Of a stretch of 64,000 bases of DNA, positions 40,605 through 63,486 are shown piece after piece. Numbering within the stretch: the first letter of the stretch is position 1; every line of letters begins with the position of its first letter. The notes under the pieces were generated by a model that saw nothing but the letters and a program-made list of their open reading frames with translations, was not told the DNA's origin and did not search any database. This DNA comes from Octopus vulgaris. Its lineage: Eukaryota. The position numbers and the translations under genes were made by a program. The stretch lies in assembly GCA_951406725.2 (NCBI GenBank), contig OX597842.1, positions 11,036,001 to 11,100,000 of the forward strand. Reading direction: 5' to 3'.

Positions 40605-40974
40605 TAGAATACATAATGATTGCTTATGCCTAAACACGCCATGACTTTACAGTAATTTTTACGAACTCGGTGGTTTACTGGCACAAATCAGTCAAACGTG
40701 TTGACTGCATTTTAGTTAAAGCTACATCTCTTATAATATACGTCTAGAGATGCCTCTCTTGGGTGTTACACATTGATAATGCTTAAGGAGCTAGAAACAC
40801 CGATCTATGGGAATCCGACAGAAGGGAGACACTCGACAGATATGATGTTTTTACAACTTTTTTTATCATAAGAGAAAAATTATGTCTACGGTAAGTGCAG
40901 TGAATTTGTCTTTAAGCAGTTTAAATATGTCAGAAACATATTTTTAAAAAAGCTAAAGTTAGAAAAACGGTATT

Positions 40975-50282
<9,308 letters not shown>

Positions 50283-50769
50283 CGAAGGGAAATCTATATT
50301 GAATTAGAGGGACATTTGTGCACAGGGACCCGTGCGTTTACTCAAGCGGGAAAACTATTTCGCTATTCATGCAAATGTACACTTTTCGCGCTCTTCGCAT
50401 ACTCTGAATCGCGTGCATGCGTGTTTGCATGCTCTTGCCTGTGTGACCTTATGACACTTCTGAGCCTTTCCACCCGCGCGCGCGCGCGTGTGTGTTTGTC
50501 TGTGTGTGTGCGCTTTGAAATGTGTTTAGTCCTCGATTTTCCCCGCTTCGTACAAACTCGGAGCTGTCTTAGTGAAAACAGAGCCTCGGCGGATGTTTTT
50601 TCATACTCCATTCCCGGTGATCGCGTGTATACTCTCACGACTAGCATTTTGATGCACCGTCACCAGGATTCGATCCTGAGAACTGATCGTTCAATTAGCT
50701 GTAAGCGGGCTTCCGCTATGACAGCGGGTCACCGCTTAAGTGCTTGGAGGTAATTTGGCTGGTGGTTGC

Positions 50770-51130
50770 AATCATCATCATTGTTCGACCGTGGTCGAGA
50801 CAATGGAATTTACCATGCTACGCCAGACTTCCCGGTCCATCATAGCATCACGGAGGTCCTGTTGCTGGATGCCTGTATCCCTGGAGATTACATCAGGGTA
50901 GGAGAGTGTGCGCCCTCTGGTATCGCGAGCAGATGGCTTCCAGAGGAGAAGAGTTGAAATTAGCTTGTTTTCAGCTCTACAACAATGTCCAGCAAACTGG
51001 ACTCTTCTACTTTTCACAAGAGATGACACAGGTGGTAGTTTCCCATTCATTTGCATTTTGGTTGGATGGCGCTTCCGCGAGAGATTGTGGTTGCAGTCAC
51101 AGGACCTAAAGATTGTTTTCACTCTTAATA
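50770..51130 (-). pseudogene. RTE-like LINE 3' end
   Basis: HPTK...GKLPPVSSLVKSRRVQFAGHCCR...LLLWKP...RGR...DREVWR, then stop and (TGA)n tail. Confidence 0.85.
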
Positions 51131-51310
51131 TCAAAATAAACTCTTATACAATAATGGCTTCAAATTTCTAGCACATGGCCAGCAATTTCGGGGTTGGAAT
51201 TATGTCGATTACATCCAACCCCATCCCGTGCTCAACAGGTGCTTATTTCATAATAATAATAAATGGCCTCTCATAGCTTCTGGTCTTAACTGATCGGAAG
51301 TGTTATCATG

Positions 51311-51460
51311 AGATATGTGAGGTTAGCTTAGGAGGTTAAGCAGTTGTGGTCAATGAAAAAGATAGCAGTAGAGACAATAATTGTCAGAGCCCTGGGAAAA
51401 GTTAGTAAAAATCTCGAGAAGTACGTGGAACGAATAGGGCCTGCAATAAGGTTGGAGTGC
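51311..51460 (+). pseudogene. Second R4/Dong-like endonuclease C-terminal fragment
   Basis: RYVRLA*EVKQLWSMKKIAVETIIVRALGKVSKNLEKYVERIG resembles KY..L..E...LW....V.PI..GALG.V...L. Confidence 0.65.
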
Positions 51461-51497
51461 CATCGTATCTATCGAGTTTTCTTTCTTCCTTATCGCA

Positions 51498-51551
51498 TTA
51501 TTATTATTATTATTATTTTTGTTGTTGTTGTTGTTGTTATTGTTATCATCA

Positions 51552-51586
<35 letters not shown>

Positions 51587-51626
51587 GTTGTTGTTGTTGT
51601 TGTTGTTGTTGTTATTGTTATCATCA

Positions 51627-51670
<44 letters not shown>

Positions 51671-51751
51671 GTTGTTGTTGTTGTTGTTGTTGTTATTGTT
51701 ATCATCATCATCATCATCATCATCATTATTATTATTATTATCATTATTATT
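51498..51751. repeat. Compound (ATT)(GTT)(ATC) triplet repeat with three higher-order blocks
   Basis: Direct reading. Confidence 0.9.
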
Positions 51752-52086
51752 GCAAATGGAATTGATATTTTATAGGTTGAAGGATATTTCGAGAGGCAAG
51801 CCTGTCTTTGTCGAGTTCAAAATAAAAAGTGATGAAAATAATAAGAAATTCAAACGTAGAGTATGAATGAGAGCAACCAGTGTCCACACATTGATGGAAT
51901 GACATCATCACTCTCCAAGTTTCAATTTTATAACTGGCGAAAAGAAAAAGAAAAAAAGGAGAGGAAAAAAGGAAAGAAATAATAAAAGGAAAAGGAAGAA
52001 GGGCACGAAACCGAAAGTCTTGCAGTCGAAATACCGCTCATCGAATAAAATATCTATTACAATCACATCGCGGTGTTCGTCTTGTC

Positions 52087-52495
52087 TCTTTTACTCTTTT
52101 ACTCTTTTACTTGTTTCAGTCATTTGACTGCGGCCATGCTGGAGCACCGCCTTTAGTCGAGCAAATCGAACCCAGGACATATTCTTTTTTGTAAGCCCAG
52201 TACTTATTCTATCGGTCTCTTTTGCCGAACCGCTAAGCGACGGGGACGTAAACACACCAGCATCGGTTGTCAAGCAATGCTAGGGGGACAAACACAGACA
52301 CACACATATATATATATATATACACATATATACGACATGCTTCTTTCAGTTTCCGTCTACCAAATCCACTCACAAGGCATTGGTCGGCCCGGGGCTATAG
52401 CAGAAGACACTTGCCCAAGATGTCACGCAGTGGGACTGAACCCGGAACCATGTTGTTGGGAAGCAAGCTACTTACCACACAGCCACTCCTGCGCC
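52087..52495 (-). mobile_element. SINE family A, full length
   Basis: Homology to other copies. Confidence 0.9.
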
Positions 52496-52864
52496 TGTCT
52501 GTTTACCTTTATGAGGATTTACGTCAATCCTTTTAAAATAACAAAATCAAATCGATTAAGAATATGATTGATTTTATGTTACACCGAATAAGAAACGGAA
52601 TATTTGAAAATTCTGGAAATTACCAAAACATCCGGGTGGCTAAGGTAAATCGTAACGTAAATTACGGCTTTTGCCTTTTACTCCTTCTTACGGTTGACTT
52701 GTCAGCCCTGTTAGTTTCGCTAGGCCCCAGTGTAGAGCTCAATCCTGGGCCAGTGGATTTTGCACCATTCGAACACGAATCAGAAAATGAGATATCGACA
52801 TTTCTATCAGTCAAAAAACTCTTATCGTGCTCTTCTCCTTTTCTATTTTCTTTCCCTTTTCTCT

Positions 52865-52905
<41 letters not shown>

Positions 52906-53292
52906 CCTGGTTTTCCTTTTGCCAGTTATAAAATTGTAACTTAGAAACTGATGATGTCATTCCATCAACGCGTTCCCGCACGTGTTTGTGTGTAATAAAG
53001 GTTCCGGTGAAAAGAAACAATGTAAATATTTAGAGTTCTATTATTGATGTGAATATGTTATGGAAGGGGTTATATTCTTTGTCTGAATACTATGCGGTCG
53101 TCTTCCGAGAACGGTTTCCCTCAAATGATGTAATGTTTTCATTAATCAATTAAAGAAGTTGCTTGAAACGGCCGTAAGGTACTGACACCTGTATATCTTT
53201 TTTACTCATTTCTACACAGGGTGTACAAAAAGTCTCGCCCGATTCTTATTTTGAAAACTATTGTAGGTTTTTCAATTAATTTAAATATATAT

Positions 53293-54182
53293 GGCGCAGG
53301 AGTGGTTGTGTGGTAAGTAGCTTGCTTGCTAACCAACCACATGGTTCCGTGGTAAGGTTCAGTCCCACTGCGTGGCATCTTGGGCAAGTGTCTTCTGCTA
53401 TAGCCCCGGGCCGACCAATGCCTTGTGAGTGGATTTGGTAGACGGAAACTGAAAGAAGCCTGTCGTATATATGTATATATATGTATGTGTGTGTATATGT
53501 TTGTGTGTCTGTGTTTGTCCCCCTGGTGTGTTTACGTCCCCGTCAGTTAGCGGTTCGGCAAAAGAGACCGATAGAATAAGTACTGGGCTTACAAAGAATA
53601 AGTCCCGGGGTCGATTTGCTAGACTAAAAGGCGGTGCTCCAGCATGGCCGCAGTCAAATGACTGAAACAAGTAAAAAAGTAAAAGAGAGAGTAAAGAGAT
53701 ATGTGTGTGTGTGTTTGTGTGTGAGTGTTTGTCCCCCTAGCATTGCTTGACAACCGATGCTGGTGTGTTTACGTCCCCGTCACTTAGCGGCTCGGCAAAA
53801 GAGACCGATAGAATAAGTACTGGGCTTACAAAGAATAAGTCCCGGGGTCGATTTGCTCGATTAAAAGGCGGTGTTCCAGCATGGCCGCAGTCAAATGACT
53901 GAAACAAGTAAAAGAGTAAAAGAGAGAGTAAAGAGATATGTGTGTGTGTGTGTGTGTGTGTTTGTGTGTCTGTGTTTGTCCCCCTAGCATTGCTTGACAA
54001 CCGATGCTGGTGTGTTTACGTCCCCGTCACTTAGCGGCTCGGCAAAAGAGACCGATAGAATAAGTACTGGGCTTACAAAGAATAAGTCCCGGGGTCGATT
54101 TGCTCGACTAAAAGGCGGTGCTCCAGCATGGCCGCAGTCAAATGACTGAAACAAGTAAAAGAGTAAAAGAGAGAGTAAAGAG

Positions 54183-54217
<35 letters not shown>

Positions 54218-54355
54218 TGTGTCTGTGTTTGTCCCCTGGGTTAGCATTGCTTGACAACCGATGCTGGTGTGTTTACGTCCCCGGGTCATTTGCTCGACTA
54301 AAGGCGGTGCTCCACCATGGCCGCAGTCAAATGACTGATACAAGTAAAAGAGAGC
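53293..54355 (+). mobile_element. SINE family A with four tandem tail modules
   Basis: One head, then tail modules starting at about 53505, 53725, 53965 and 54220, each preceded by (TG)n. Confidence 0.9.
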
Positions 54356-54808
54356 AAAAGACATAGAGCAATGATGAATAAGAATTACGAATGAAAGAAG
54401 ATGCTGCAAATATAACTGCATCATAGGCACCAGCATCGGTTGTCAAGCGATGTTGGGAGGACAAACACAGACACACAAAAAACTTGTCGTGCCACCAGAC
54501 CAGAACCAAAGGATACTATCACGTGTTCTTGCAGGAAAAAGGAAAGTAAACTATGGATGTTAATCTTAATCTTAATTTTAATTTAATTTTTGTAATAGTT
54601 CTTTTCTCTTTACATATTCCATTTTAGCTCATACTTTTTGTAAGTTTTTTCAAAAGCCGAAACGTAAAAAGAAAATTAAAATATGCCCAATTTTAAGAAT
54701 GTAGCATTTTCATTCTTGTTTTTCATATATTTATATATTTCTTGTTTTAGCTCAGAGCTGCGGTCATGTTGATGCGCCGCTGTTTAAAAAATATCACATG
54801 TACCACCC

Positions 54809-55365
54809 TTTTTAAAGCCAAGCCAGGCTCATGGGCCCGGTTTCCCGGTTTCTATGGCGTATGTGTTCCCCAGATGGACGGGACACCAGTCAATTGCAGC
54901 GTTACTCATTTTTGCCAGCTGAGTGGACTGGAGCAACGTGAAATGAAGTGTTTGGCTCAAGAACACAAAGCGTCGCCCGGTCCAGGAATCGAAACCACAA
55001 TCTTTGGATGGTGAAATTTATTATCAATTTAAATTAAATTAGCCAAGAGTTAAAAGTCGTTTCAAGTTGATAAGCGTAAAATGTTTAATTACCAATTTCT
55101 TTAAATAATAAATAAATGCGCCCTTTTAAAGCCAAGCCAGGCTCATGGGCCCGGTTTTCCGGTTTCTATGGCGTATGTGTTCCCCAGATGGACGGGACAC
55201 CAGTCCATCGCAGCGCTACTCATTTTTGCCAGATGAGTGGACTGGAGCAACGTGAAATGAAGTGTTTTGCTCAAGAACACAACGCGTCGCCCGGTCCACG
55301 AATCGAAACCACAATCTTACAATCATGATGCTGACACACTAACCACTAGCAGACACGCCTCCCAT
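54809..55365 (-). mobile_element. Two SINE family D copies (54809-55005 and 55121-55362)
   Basis: Near-identical segments TTTAAAGCCAAGCCAGGCTCATGGGCC...GAATCGAAACCACAATCTT. Confidence 0.85.
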
Positions 55366-55384
55366 ATTGGGTATGGTAGATGAG

Positions 55385-55557
55385 TTCATCAAAAATTGAG
55401 ATTCAGATGAATATGGTACTTAAGTTGAGGCACCAGAATTTAGTACGGTATTATCCATACAATTTCAAAGTAAAGTGATTAAAATCAATTAAATGGAGTT
55501 GCATGAAACGATCGTACGGCATTACCTCTGGATATCCTTGTTGCTTATTTTGATTAT
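55385..55557 (+). mobile_element. Penelope-like remnant, same family as 35088-35320
   Basis: GAATATGGTACTTAAGTT...GCACCAGAATT and GAAAC-GATC-GTA are present; the 5' core is deleted. Confidence 0.6.
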
Positions 55558-55583
55558 ATATATATATATATATATATATATCT

Positions 55584-56014
55584 TATAATTAAGGGCTAAA
55601 GAAGGTTATTCTATAGCCAATACACTGATTTATCCACTTATATATGTACTTAAATGTAGTTGTGTTTTTAGCTTCTGCTTTTTCCATGATCACATGTGAG
55701 TATTTTATTTATATTCCCTCGTAAGCTCTACTGAAGAAGAATATATCCTTTATAGGGATTAATTCCGAAATTGATTCAATATAGAGATAACGAAATTTAA
55801 ATTTTCTAAAGGTTAGTTGCCCGCTTTCAGTTCAATTTTCCTGTAACAGGTGGATTATAAGTGGATAAATCAGCGTATTGGCTTTAGAATAACCCTCTTT
55901 AGCCCTTAATTATACGATGTTTATACTTCAACCGTAAAGGTTTTTTTATTATACTGCCACGTTTTTTGATGGGATCCTTTTCTGTAGAGAAAGGGACTTC
56001 ATCCTATATTGTTA

Positions 56015-56015
<1 letters not shown>
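55584..56015 (+). mobile_element. Short Penelope-like element with 59-bp inverted arms, inside (TA)n
   Basis: Arms 55584-55642 and 55856-55914 enclose a hammerhead motif. Confidence 0.75.
55726..55786 (+). ncRNA. Type I hammerhead ribozyme motif
   Basis: CTCTA-CTGAAGA-aGAAT-at-ATCCT-ttat-AGGGAT-ta-ATTCc-GAAA-TTGATTCAA-TA-TAGAG. Quasi-palindromic ATTGATTCAAT, AUA triplet. Confidence 0.8.
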
Positions 56016-56051
<36 letters not shown>

Positions 56052-56057
<6 letters not shown>

Positions 56058-56582
56058 CCTGCTGAAAAGTTCCTGGCTCTGGGGTAAAAGAAAAGACGGA
56101 AGGACTAGTTAAACATGATTTTATTCAAAACTAGCAGTATCGCCCGGCGTTGCTCGGGTTTGTAAGGGAAATAACTATAAAGCATTTTTAGAGAGTTATA
56201 GCCAAAAAATAGCAAAAACATGGGGGAAAAAATGATGGTAAATTTTTTTTTATAGTTAAAAAGGTCGAGTTGCGTCCCCTAGACCATCTGTGGCTTGTGT
56301 TTCTGATTGTCGACCCCATGTCGAATTTATCGATCTTTTTCAGAACTGGGGGAACTTTTCAAAATTTTCGCTGCGTTAGTTTTGAATTATGACATTGGGC
56401 TATGTGTGTGTCAAGTTTCATCAGAATCGGTTGAAAGCCGTGGTCAGAGTGAGGGTACGAGAAAACAGACACACAGAAAACGCACAGACAAACTGCCGTT
56501 TATATAGAGAGAGATATTCCCCTCTTAGATTCACACACTTATTACACCGATCTTTCAGCTTTTCTAAGCCTTGTAAAAGAAA
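56052..56582. mobile_element. Tc1/mariner-like MITE fragment interrupted by a Helitron-like element
   Basis: GAG..TGCTGAAAAGTTCC terminus. TTTTATTCAAAA|TATTCCCCTCTTAGATTCACACACTT rejoins across the insert. Confidence 0.5.
56131..56514 (-). mobile_element. Non-autonomous Helitron-like element
   Basis: A|CTAGCAGTATCGCCCGGCGTTGCTCGGG...AGA|T. The 3'-terminal 110 bp or so are shared with 19555-19666. Inserted at A^T with no target-site duplication. Confidence 0.85.
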
Positions 56583-56859
56583 TCCAGCCAGGGGTTTTGC
56601 GATATCCTTAGAGCTAGAAACTTCGGGGTTGGACCCAAAGCCTGTGGGGTTCAAACCCTATCCACGATTATGCAAATCGTTGAGAAGCGTTCTGAAAAAA
56701 CATGAAGGTTTCTCGTAGATGTGAAATATATATTCATATATTTAAATAAATATTATGTGTAATCCACATCGTAACATGTATTGAGTGCACTTTCTATTAA
56801 ATTGATTTTCATGTTCTTCGCCAATGTCTTAATGTTTATCCATGCACACTTGCAAATAA

Positions 56860-57054
56860 ACATACATACAAACAGAAACGTACACACACACTCACTCAAA
56901 TATATATATGTGTGTGTGTGTGAGCACGTGTGTGTGTGTGCATGTGTGTGTGCATGTGTGTGTGTGTGTGTACATGCATACAACGACGCACGTTACTCTT
57001 CCGTACACATACATCCGCTCACATATCCACAAGTTAGAACATATGTATATACAT

Positions 57055-57087
<33 letters not shown>

Positions 57088-57124
57088 CACATACAAATAC
57101 ACACACACGCATACACAGACACAG

Positions 57125-57165
<41 letters not shown>

Positions 57166-57792
57166 CAAGTATGTATGCTTGCATACATTCATAAATGTAC
57201 ATACGTAAATATATAGATACAGGCGTATAGATCTTTATACTCCACATAAACATGCATACATATGTAGACACGAATATATATATAAAATCATGTGTATATA
57301 TATGTATATATGTGTGTATATTTATATATGTATGCGTGTGTATCTATATATATGAATGCATATGTATACGTATATATATATATATATATATAATTATGTG
57401 TGTGTGTGTATATATATATTTATATATATATATATATATACACCATTTATTCTCATACTCAAATGCGTAACTTCATCCACCACACACACAGACGGGACAT
57501 ACTAATACCTATAAATATACATAGAGAGGGCAACAGTAACATTCAGACACGCACACAAATATATATCTGCATATACGTACAAGAGCCTATACATCTTTAT
57601 GCCGCTCCCAAACATGTATGCATATACATAAAATACACACACACATATACTTATATGCATATATGTATATATATATATATACGATCATCTAACACTCTAG
57701 CACAGAGACATACACACATGCACATAGGTATATACATCCCTATATGCTTTAATGTAGCACGTATATATATATATATGCATATATATAGATAG

Positions 57793-57828
<36 letters not shown>

Positions 57829-58057
57829 GCGTATATATATGATATAATACATTCATATATACACATAGACACACCAACATATACATATATATATGTGTGC
57901 GTGCATATATATATATATATGTGTATATATATATATATATTTATATATATATTTATATATATACGCATACACATACATGTATACATACTTTCATCCAGAT
58001 CAGCAGCGAAGACACGCATACGTTTGTACAGATGTACACAGACGCACACACGCATTC

Positions 58058-58110
<53 letters not shown>

Positions 58111-58817
58111 AGGCACACACTCACAAATAGAGGAACCTACGCACATGCGCACAAATGCGGGACTTTTCTCCCCCCCCCCCTTTTCGCTGTTTCAGGTATA
58201 TCGTAACATGGAAAGATTTTGGAAAAGCTCACAAAATACAACACATACATACAGAAAAAAAAAAATCAAAAAGAAATTAAAATAAAAATACAAAAAAAAA
58301 TAGATAAATAAAAAAAAAATGGAACGTTTCAAAGCAAAAAGAGCAAAACGCAGAAGGCGCGGCACAGCTGTAGCTAACTATCTGGCTTTCCACACGGCTG
58401 AAGAATTGGACAATAACCTCCCAACAATGTGGAATGGTTAAATCGAAGCCAAAAGAGTCTAAAAGATTAAAAGACTGCTCAGATATCTGCCAACATCAAT
58501 GGCTTGTAAAGAAAATGGCGATTCTCTTAATGGCCGCCTTCAGAATTTAACGGCCTAACTTGATTATGTTCTTACGAGAGTGTGTGTGAGTGTGTGTAGA
58601 TGTATGAGAGGATGTATGTGTATGCGAGCGTAATGTACGTAGTTGTATGTGTGTATATATATATATGTGTGAGTGTGTATAGATGAATGAGGGGATGCAT
58701 GTATACGCGAGCGTAATGTACGTAGTTGTATATGTGTATATTTATATATGTGTGTGTGTGTGTATAGATGTATGAGGGAATGTATGTGTACGCGAGTGTA
58801 ATGTACGTAGTTGTATG

Positions 58818-58851
<34 letters not shown>

Positions 58852-59656
58852 GTTGGGTGTGTGTATGTGTATTTGCAAATGGGCATGTGTGTGTGTGTAC
58901 ACGGTTATTTGTGATTGCGTGTGCGATTCTGTGTGTAGCTACGTATGTGTGCGTCTATAGATATAATGTGCTTGTGTGTACGGGGATATATATGTAATTT
59001 ATATATTCATATACATACATGCACATATATGTACACCTACGTACATATATATATGCATATATGCATGTTTATTTGCATATATGCATGTATATTTACACAC
59101 TCACAAACACACACATATATATATAAACATGGTGGTTATATGTTTGTGCGTCTCTCTGTAAATGTATATATATATACACATACACACACAAATATATATA
59201 CGTACATACACACATACACATATATGCTTATACATACGTTGTTGGGAATGCTATGCGTGTATACGTATACGCATTTATGTTTCCACGGCTGTTTCGAAGT
59301 ATGTGTGTGCGAATGTGTTTGCGTGTATATAAGCACTTTTGCATGTCAGCATGTCTGATTGTTTCCACTTTGTCTTAGTGTATATATATATATATATATA
59401 TATATAGGTATGTCTGTTAGTGGTTTTATGTATATATGTATAAGGCATACATACTATTCTGTGTGTTTATATAAACACTTGCATGCCAATTCGCAAGGCT
59501 CGGGAGTGTGTGTATGTGTGTGTGTGTGTGTGTGTGTATGTGTGTGTGTATGTGTGTGTGTGAATTTTCCTGGAGTATTCAGGTACATTTCTACCTGTGT
59601 ATATACACCTTAATGACAATGTATGAGAAATACACACAGAGGCACTATATATATAA

Positions 59657-59689
<33 letters not shown>

Positions 59690-59756
59690 GAGATAGATAT
59701 AGATATAGATATATATACATATTACACATACATGCACACATACAGACGTACGTCTA

Positions 59757-59796
<40 letters not shown>

Positions 59797-59813
59797 TGCA
59801 TACATATATACAT

Positions 59814-59844
<31 letters not shown>

Positions 59845-60225
59845 CGTGTATATATGTATATATTTACATATATATATATATATATATATACATATATACA
59901 CACACATGTATGTATATATGTGTGTATATATATATTTACATATATATATATATACATACATATATATATATATATATACACACATAAACACCGGAAAATA
60001 CAAGTGTGGTAAAAATATATTAAAATATCGACAATTTGTATCAATGCTCCACAGGCGTTTCCTCTTGGCTATTTACACCCACCCACAGACGTGCGTGTAT
60101 ATGTGTGTATATATATACGTCCTCTCATATACACACTTCCTACACAAACACTGACACTCTGACACACACACACACACACACACAGATATATATATGTGTG
60201 TGTGTGCGTGTGCGTGGGTGTGTTT
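56860..60225. repeat. Compound TA/CA/TG microsatellite field with a unique island at 58316-58570 and an approximately 83-bp x3 repeat at 58594-58820
   Basis: Direct reading. GCGAG(C/T)GTAATGTACGTAGTTGTAT occurs three times. Confidence 0.85.
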
Positions 60226-60374
60226 CGTTGATAGTTTGTAGGACTGAAGGATGGATACATTGATGGTTTGTTTACGCCTTTCTGTCGTTCGCATTGATGT
60301 CTTCAGGCGTCAATAACACGTATATATATATACACCGTGAACGTTTAGGAATTTCATACAGAAATAACCTCGTC

Positions 60375-61040
<666 letters not shown>

Positions 61041-61228
61041 AGAAGAAGAAGAAAAGGGGGAGGAGGAGGAGGAGGAGGAGAAAGAAGAAGGAGAAGAAGA
61101 AGTATTTCAAGTTTTTCGGCACTAGGCCAGCAATTTCGGGAAGGAGCTAAGTCAATGATATCGGCCCCAGTGTATCACTGGTACTTATTTTTGTCAGTAC
61201 TGAAACGATGAAAGGCAATATAATAACA

Positions 61229-61299
<71 letters not shown>

Positions 61300-61499
61300 C
61301 ATCATTATTATTAGTAACTAATATTTCTTTTTAAGTCGGCGAGCTGGCAGAAGCGTTAGCACGCCAGGGGACGCTTCTGTGCGTCTGTTATTTCTAAATC
61401 TCTGTAAAGGAGACTACGGCATCATTATTGCTCCTATCATCATCGTCGGCGTAGTTATTGCTCACATCGTTGTTATAAACGACGTCGTTGTTATTATTA

Positions 61500-63486
61500 C
61501 TTGCTGTATCACCCGGCGTTGCTCGGGTTAGAATTGGAATTTATGAAAAGTAAAAATTCTGCATTATGTAGTTTGTTATTCTCTTTAAGGGAACATTTTT
61601 CTGGTTGAAATACACCGAAAACTGGCGACACAGCAGTCAAAAAATCGTAAAAAGTAAGGATTTTCATAGAAAAAAAAAGCATCTTTTAGATGTAAATAAT
61701 TTTTGGTTTTAACATGGTCCGATTTGAATTTTTTCTATTACGAAAGGAAGAGTAAGCCTTCTTCTATCATACTTTCAATTTTGGTCAACTTGCGCCGCAT
61801 GGTCTCGGAGGAGATAGAGTTAGTTGAAGGCTACCAAACCTGCCACACACAGACAACATCAGGTTTATATATATATAGACTAGCAGTATCGCCCGGCGTT
61901 GCTATAATCGCCTTCGTTGTTATTATTACTAGCAGTCTCGCCCGACGTTGCTCGGGTTTGATTCGACCCTGTAGAATTGGAATTTTTGAAAAGTAAAAAT
62001 TTTGCATTATGTAGCTTGTTATTCTCTTTAAGGGAACATTTTTCTGGTTGAAATACACCGAGAAATGGCGACACAGCAGTCAAACTACCGTAAAAAATGG
62101 ATATTTTCGTAGAAAAAAAATCACTTTCTTTATGTAAATAATTTTTGGTCTTAACATGGTTCGATTTGAATGTTATCTACTACGGAAGGAAGAGCAAGCC
62201 TTCTTCTATCATACTCTCAATTTTGGTCAACTTGTGCCGCAGGGTCTTGGAGGAGATAATGTTAGTTGAAGGCTACCAAACCTGCCACAGACATCCAACT
62301 TCAGCTTTACATATATATAGACTAGCCGTATCGCCCGGCGTTGCGCAGGTTTGTTTCGACCCTTTAGAACTGGAATTTTTGAAAAGTAAAATTTTGCATT
62401 ATGTAGCTTGTTATTCTCTTTAAGGGAACATTTTTCTGGTTGAAATACACCGAAAAATAGCGACACAGCAGTCAAAAAATCGTAAAAAATAGGGATTTTC
62501 ATAGAAAAAAAAAACCTTTTTGATGTAAATAATTTTTGGTGTTAACATGGTCCGATTTGAATTTTATCTTCTACAGAAGGAAGAGCAAGCCTTCTTCTAT
62601 CATACTCTCAATTCTGGTCAACTTCCGCCGAAGGGTCTCGGAGGAGATAGTGTTAGTTGAAGGCTACCAAACCTGCCTCACACAGACAACTTCAGCTTTA
62701 CATATATATAGACTAGCCGTATCGCCCGGCGTTGCGCGGGTTTGTTTCGACCCTTTAGAACTGGAATTTTTGAAAAGTAAAAGTTTGCATTATGTAGCTT
62801 GTTATTCTCTTTAAGAGAACATTTTTCTGGTTGAAATACACCGAAAAATAGTGACACAGCAGTCGAAAAATGGCGACACAGCTGTCAAAAAATCGTAAAA
62901 TATAGGGATTTTCATAGAAAAAAAGCACCTTTTTTCTTGTTAACATGGTCCGATTTGATATTTTTCTTCTATGGAATGAAGAGCAAGCCTTCTTCTATCA
63001 TACTCTCAATTTTGGTCAACTTGCGCAGCAGGGTCTCAGAGGAGACAGTGTTAGTTTGAAGGCTACCAAACCTGCCATACACAGACAACTTCAGCTTTAT
63101 ATATATAGACTAGCAGTATCGCCCGGCGTTGCGCGGATTTGTTTCAACCCTTTAGAATTGGTATTTTTGAAAAGTAAAAGTTTGCATTATGTAGCTTGTT
63201 ATTCTCTTTAAGAGAACATTTTTCTGGTTGAAATACACCGAAAAATGGCGACACAGCAGTCAAGAAATCGTAAAAAATAGGGATTTTTATAGAAAAAAAT
63301 CACATTTTTTCGTGTTAACATGGTCCGATTTGAATTTTATCTTCTACGGAAGGAAGAGCAAGCCTTCTTCTATCATACTCTCAATTTTGGTCAACTTGTG
63401 CTGCAGGGTCTTGGAGGAGATAGTGTTAGTTTGAAGGCTACCAAACCTGCCATACACAGACAACTTCAGCTTTATATAGAAAAAGA
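61500..63486 (-). mobile_element. Head-to-tail array of five approximately 390-bp Helitron-like units
   Basis: CTAG termini at 61500 (CTTG), 61880/61929, 62322, 62713 and 63110. Junctions read CTAG|TCTATATAT on the minus strand. Confidence 0.9.

Noticed and set aside
50600-50770. tRNA-like sequence on the minus strand (CAGGATCGAATCCTG)
   Set aside because: Only a B-box-like hairpin; probably a decayed SINE head, too weak to annotate.
52948-53020. CTGATGA...GAAA as a hammerhead
   Set aside because: The required helices and NUH site cannot be formed.
58319-58441. 40-codon ORF MERFKAKRAKRRRRG...
   Set aside because: Short, with no recognisable homology or splice context; kept only as part of a unique island.
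61966-61987. miR-10-like sequence ACCCTGTAGAATTGGAATTT
   Set aside because: It lies in a Helitron-like unit whose sister copies read ACCCTTTAGAA, diverges from miR-10 after 10 nt, and has no precursor hairpin.
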